Below are positions 61,017 through 64,000 of a DNA stretch of 64,000 nt, piece by piece. Position 1 is the stretch's first letter, and each line of letters opens with the position of its first letter. Under the pieces are notes generated by a model, which ran no database searches, was not told where the DNA came from, and saw only the letters and a list, made by a program, of their open reading frames with translations. The translations under genes were made by a program, and so were the position numbers. This stretch comes from Trichosphaerium sp. ATCC 40318 (lineage: Eukaryota; Protista; Tubulinea): the NCBI GenBank assembly GCA_038496445.1, contig JALMLS010000507.1, positions 1-64,000 on the forward strand. The letters are read 5' to 3'.

Positions 61017-61757
61017 AGGTAACTGTCCATTGGGTTAGCTCCATCTCTATCAAACTACAACCATAGTCTCAAAGATTTTTTAAAGAGAAATACCTGTTGA
61101 ATAAAAATTGCTATGTAACCACAAGTAGTGCAGAGTTTATTGTTCGTTGTACAAGGCTACCAGCCCTGCTATATACATAGGATAAACTAACTCACATTCA
61201 CTAGTGGTTGTATTTGAACAAAGTGTCACTGAGGGTTCCTAACGTATAGAGAATGTTATGTTAAGAACGTCATCTCATAAATAGCAGATTTTGTTTTCAA
61301 TCTGTGAAAGTTTTGTTGATTTTGCTTACATCGTATTTAGTACATGTAGCTTGTAAATCAAACTTTTGCATCTTTGAGATGTTGATAATTAGTTGTGCCT
61401 ATACTACTCTCCAATTAACCTTTTTCGGGACCTTGGATTTGTATCTACAGTTGAGATCTAATTAGGTAGATGCTCCATACAGGCTGAGTATCACCAGGTG
61501 TCAAGTTTCTTCAAGAACCTTAGTAATAGGGCCTTCCACGTGATTAAACCTAACTTAAAAGACTAAATATTACTTAGAACTTTATCTACTTACACGACGT
61601 TATTTACAAGCGTTATTCACGTGATTAAATCGGAATAAACTACAACACTGGTACGTTTGAGGTCAAACTTCATTTATAATTTAGAGATTAGTTGTAACTA
61701 GCTGCGTATTAGCGCGCACGCATCACTTCTCCAAAGTAGCCATTTTTACACAAAATT

Positions 61758-62795
61758 ATGGCTGTAACATCGGCACAAAGCCAGGTAGTCTTATTTTTCG
61801 GTAAACTATAAAGCTAACCTCATGAATGCTAATAGATCAATAAAGAAATTCAGTGCCTTTCTCACCTTCCAATTGAGTTACACCTTGATATAATAGATTT
61901 AGACTATGAAATCTATGTAAAGTGGCCTCTGTTATCTAAACAAACAGCAATAACAACAAGATTCGATAATGAAATGAAGAGACATGGAAAGTGGATGAAA
62001 ATACGAAAAAATTTGTATTCAAATCCTGTTAGAGTAATTATCAAGCATTGGAAACATGGTAATAGACATGGAGATTCCAAACAGTACTACGATAATGGCC
62101 ATTTACAGATACACTGTACTTATGTTGATGGTAAGCTTGAAGGAGAGTTCAATACATGGTATAGCAATGGCACAAAGCAATATAGATACCACTTTGTTAA
62201 TGGGGTAAGGGAAGGACAGTACAAGTCTTGGAGAAGGACATGTGAACTTATAGAGCAGTGTTACTATGTTGAAGGGGAAAAAGAAGGAGAAGCAAAGAAG
62301 TGGTATAAGAACGGTAAACTTCAACAGCAGAGTTATTTCGTCAAAGGTAAAGTCCAAGGAGAAAGTATGTCTTGGTATAAAACTGGTCAAATAAGCGAGC
62401 ATAGTAACATTGTTAATGGCGAAGGAAACTATACGGAGTGGCACTCGAATGGTAAATTAAAGGAAGAATCTTTTTTTAAAAATGGTGAACGTGAGGGACA
62501 GTCCAAGCAGTGGTTCAACAATGGGCAACTAAAAGAGGATTGTTGTTATGTCAATGGTAAACGAGAAGGATGTTGCGCGCTATGGCGCTACAATGGTACA
62601 AAGTACTCACAAAGGTATTTTGTAAATGGAAAACGAGAAGGAGAATTCAAGTCTTGGCATGATAATGGTCAATTACATGAATTGGGTACTTTCGCTAATG
62701 ATGAACTAAAAGGAGAATTCTTATCCTGGGACGAAAACGGTTCGTTGAAAAGTACACAACATTTCGGCGGGATGAAAGAATGTAGCATCTTGTGA
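61758..62795 (+). CDS. MORN-variant repeat protein with a degenerate F-box-like N-terminus; paralog of 50463-51251
   Basis: MAVTSAQSQ, then intron 61785-61835, then ..HLPIELHLDIIDLDYEIYVKWPLLSKQTAITTRFDNEMKRHGKW, then about 10 repeats of the form REGEFKSWHDNGQL. Confidence 0.82.
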
Positions 62796-63071
62796 GTGGT
62801 TGTACTAGTCTGTATACAACTTTTATATCTAAAGGTAATCTTGTTTGGATATACTGGTTTGAAGATGTCAATGCGAGTGCAAGTTCAAGCAAATGTAAAG
62901 TATCTAATACAATTGCATGCAACACGTCGCAGTTTGACAGAGTCAAACATGATCAAGACATCCGAATTACAAATTACAACTTGAATTTTATCATTTTACA
63001 TGAAATCGGTCCATTTACAAACAAGAACCCTACTAGTGATCTCTCATCTTGTTTATCCTAATATTTCTTAT

Positions 63072-64000
63072 TATTTGCTACCACACAAAATTTAGAATAA
63101 AGAAAAAAAGTTTATGGTTTTACCTCAAAAAAAAAATTGGTCACGTGATAAAAAAAGTTGTACCTTTGCACTAGTTCTAGATTTCGTATTGCATATTTGC
63201 AATCAGGCTTTAGTGAAATAGCTTGTGACAAGTCAGCTATCGCATTATCTGTATCTTTTATCTCTATGAATAGATTTGCCCTGTTTAAATATGCCTTATA
63301 ATCTTTGGGGTTGTGCTTCAAACACGTGTTAAAATCTCTAAATCACATAAAAAAAAATTGGATAAAAGAAATGCGAGTAAAACTTAAAGACTGATTGCGT
63401 ACTGTAGTGCCCTTACAAAGTCTTTATGGTACTCTTTGTATACACACCCTCTATTAAGGTATGCGTTCGCACATTTCTTCTCCAAGGCTATGCACTTTGT
63501 GTAATCTTGCAGGGCTTAACAAGGAGGTGATAAGTTAAAGCTTTAATAAAAAAAAAGATGGCACCTCTTTCTGGCTGGTTGAAATAGTCATGAAACTGGA
63601 CCGCTCTACAATAATACGCGTTTGCGTAACTAGGATTAATAGTTAAGGCATACGAAAGATCCTTCAAAGCCATATCATGCATGTTCATTTGACTCAAACA
63701 AAGCGCTCTCAAGAGAAAACCTATCAACTAATAAGAAAAACCTGGAGAAATATACTAACACCACTACGTCTTTTCCATTTGTTAACTATTACGTACCATG
63801 TTCCCATTCATTATTATTTGTCAAAGCAGTATTAAGTATTTTAAGACATGAGGTATAGTTGCCAGTTTCCTATTTTGTTCGAAAATACAATGTCAGTTTA
63901 AACTTCATTTAAAACTAATAAATAACGTAACTAGTTCTATATGCGCTACTGCAGCTTGGTATCTAAGCTCTAACGGGTTTAGTTGCATACACTGAGCGTA
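63072..64000 (-). CDS. TPR-repeat protein; 5' end unresolved or outside the window
   Basis: ALKDLSYALTINPSYANAYYCRA; NPKDYKAYLNRANLFIEIKDTDNAIADLSQAISLKPD. Confidence 0.75.

Overview
Gene-dense, AT-rich eukaryotic DNA with many short (mostly about 35-60 nt) GT-AG introns and a few GC-AG introns. The Clu-domain and WY..GG..YP..W.PWKF repeat families suggest an amoebozoan-type protist (inference). About 24 host genes can be read. Carbohydrate and transport genes: a GH2 exo-beta-glucosaminidase, a CBM18-GH18 chitinase and an Atg22-like MFS transporter. Ubiquitin-system genes: a UBE3A-like AZUL-HECT ligase, several F-box-like proteins (Cys-rich, ARM, LRR and two MORN-variant), and a BTB-RRM fusion. 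Others include a catalytically degenerate V-ATPase A paralog, MBF1, a DUF1838 protein, a large Clu-LRR-ADF-H protein and a 65-aa helix-only Survivin-like ORF missing from the ORF track. The clearest structure is a three-level nest. A Ty3/Gypsy LTR retrotransposon (21891-28466; identical 96-bp LTRs, CATA target-site duplication, -1 frameshift signal) sits in a coding exon of the chitinase. Its pol gene is itself split by a 1058-bp non-autonomous TIR element (23813-24870) with a 2-bp target-site duplication and about 11 palindromic GGTATATACC subterminal repeats. All family assignments come from motif recognition by eye; no searches were run.
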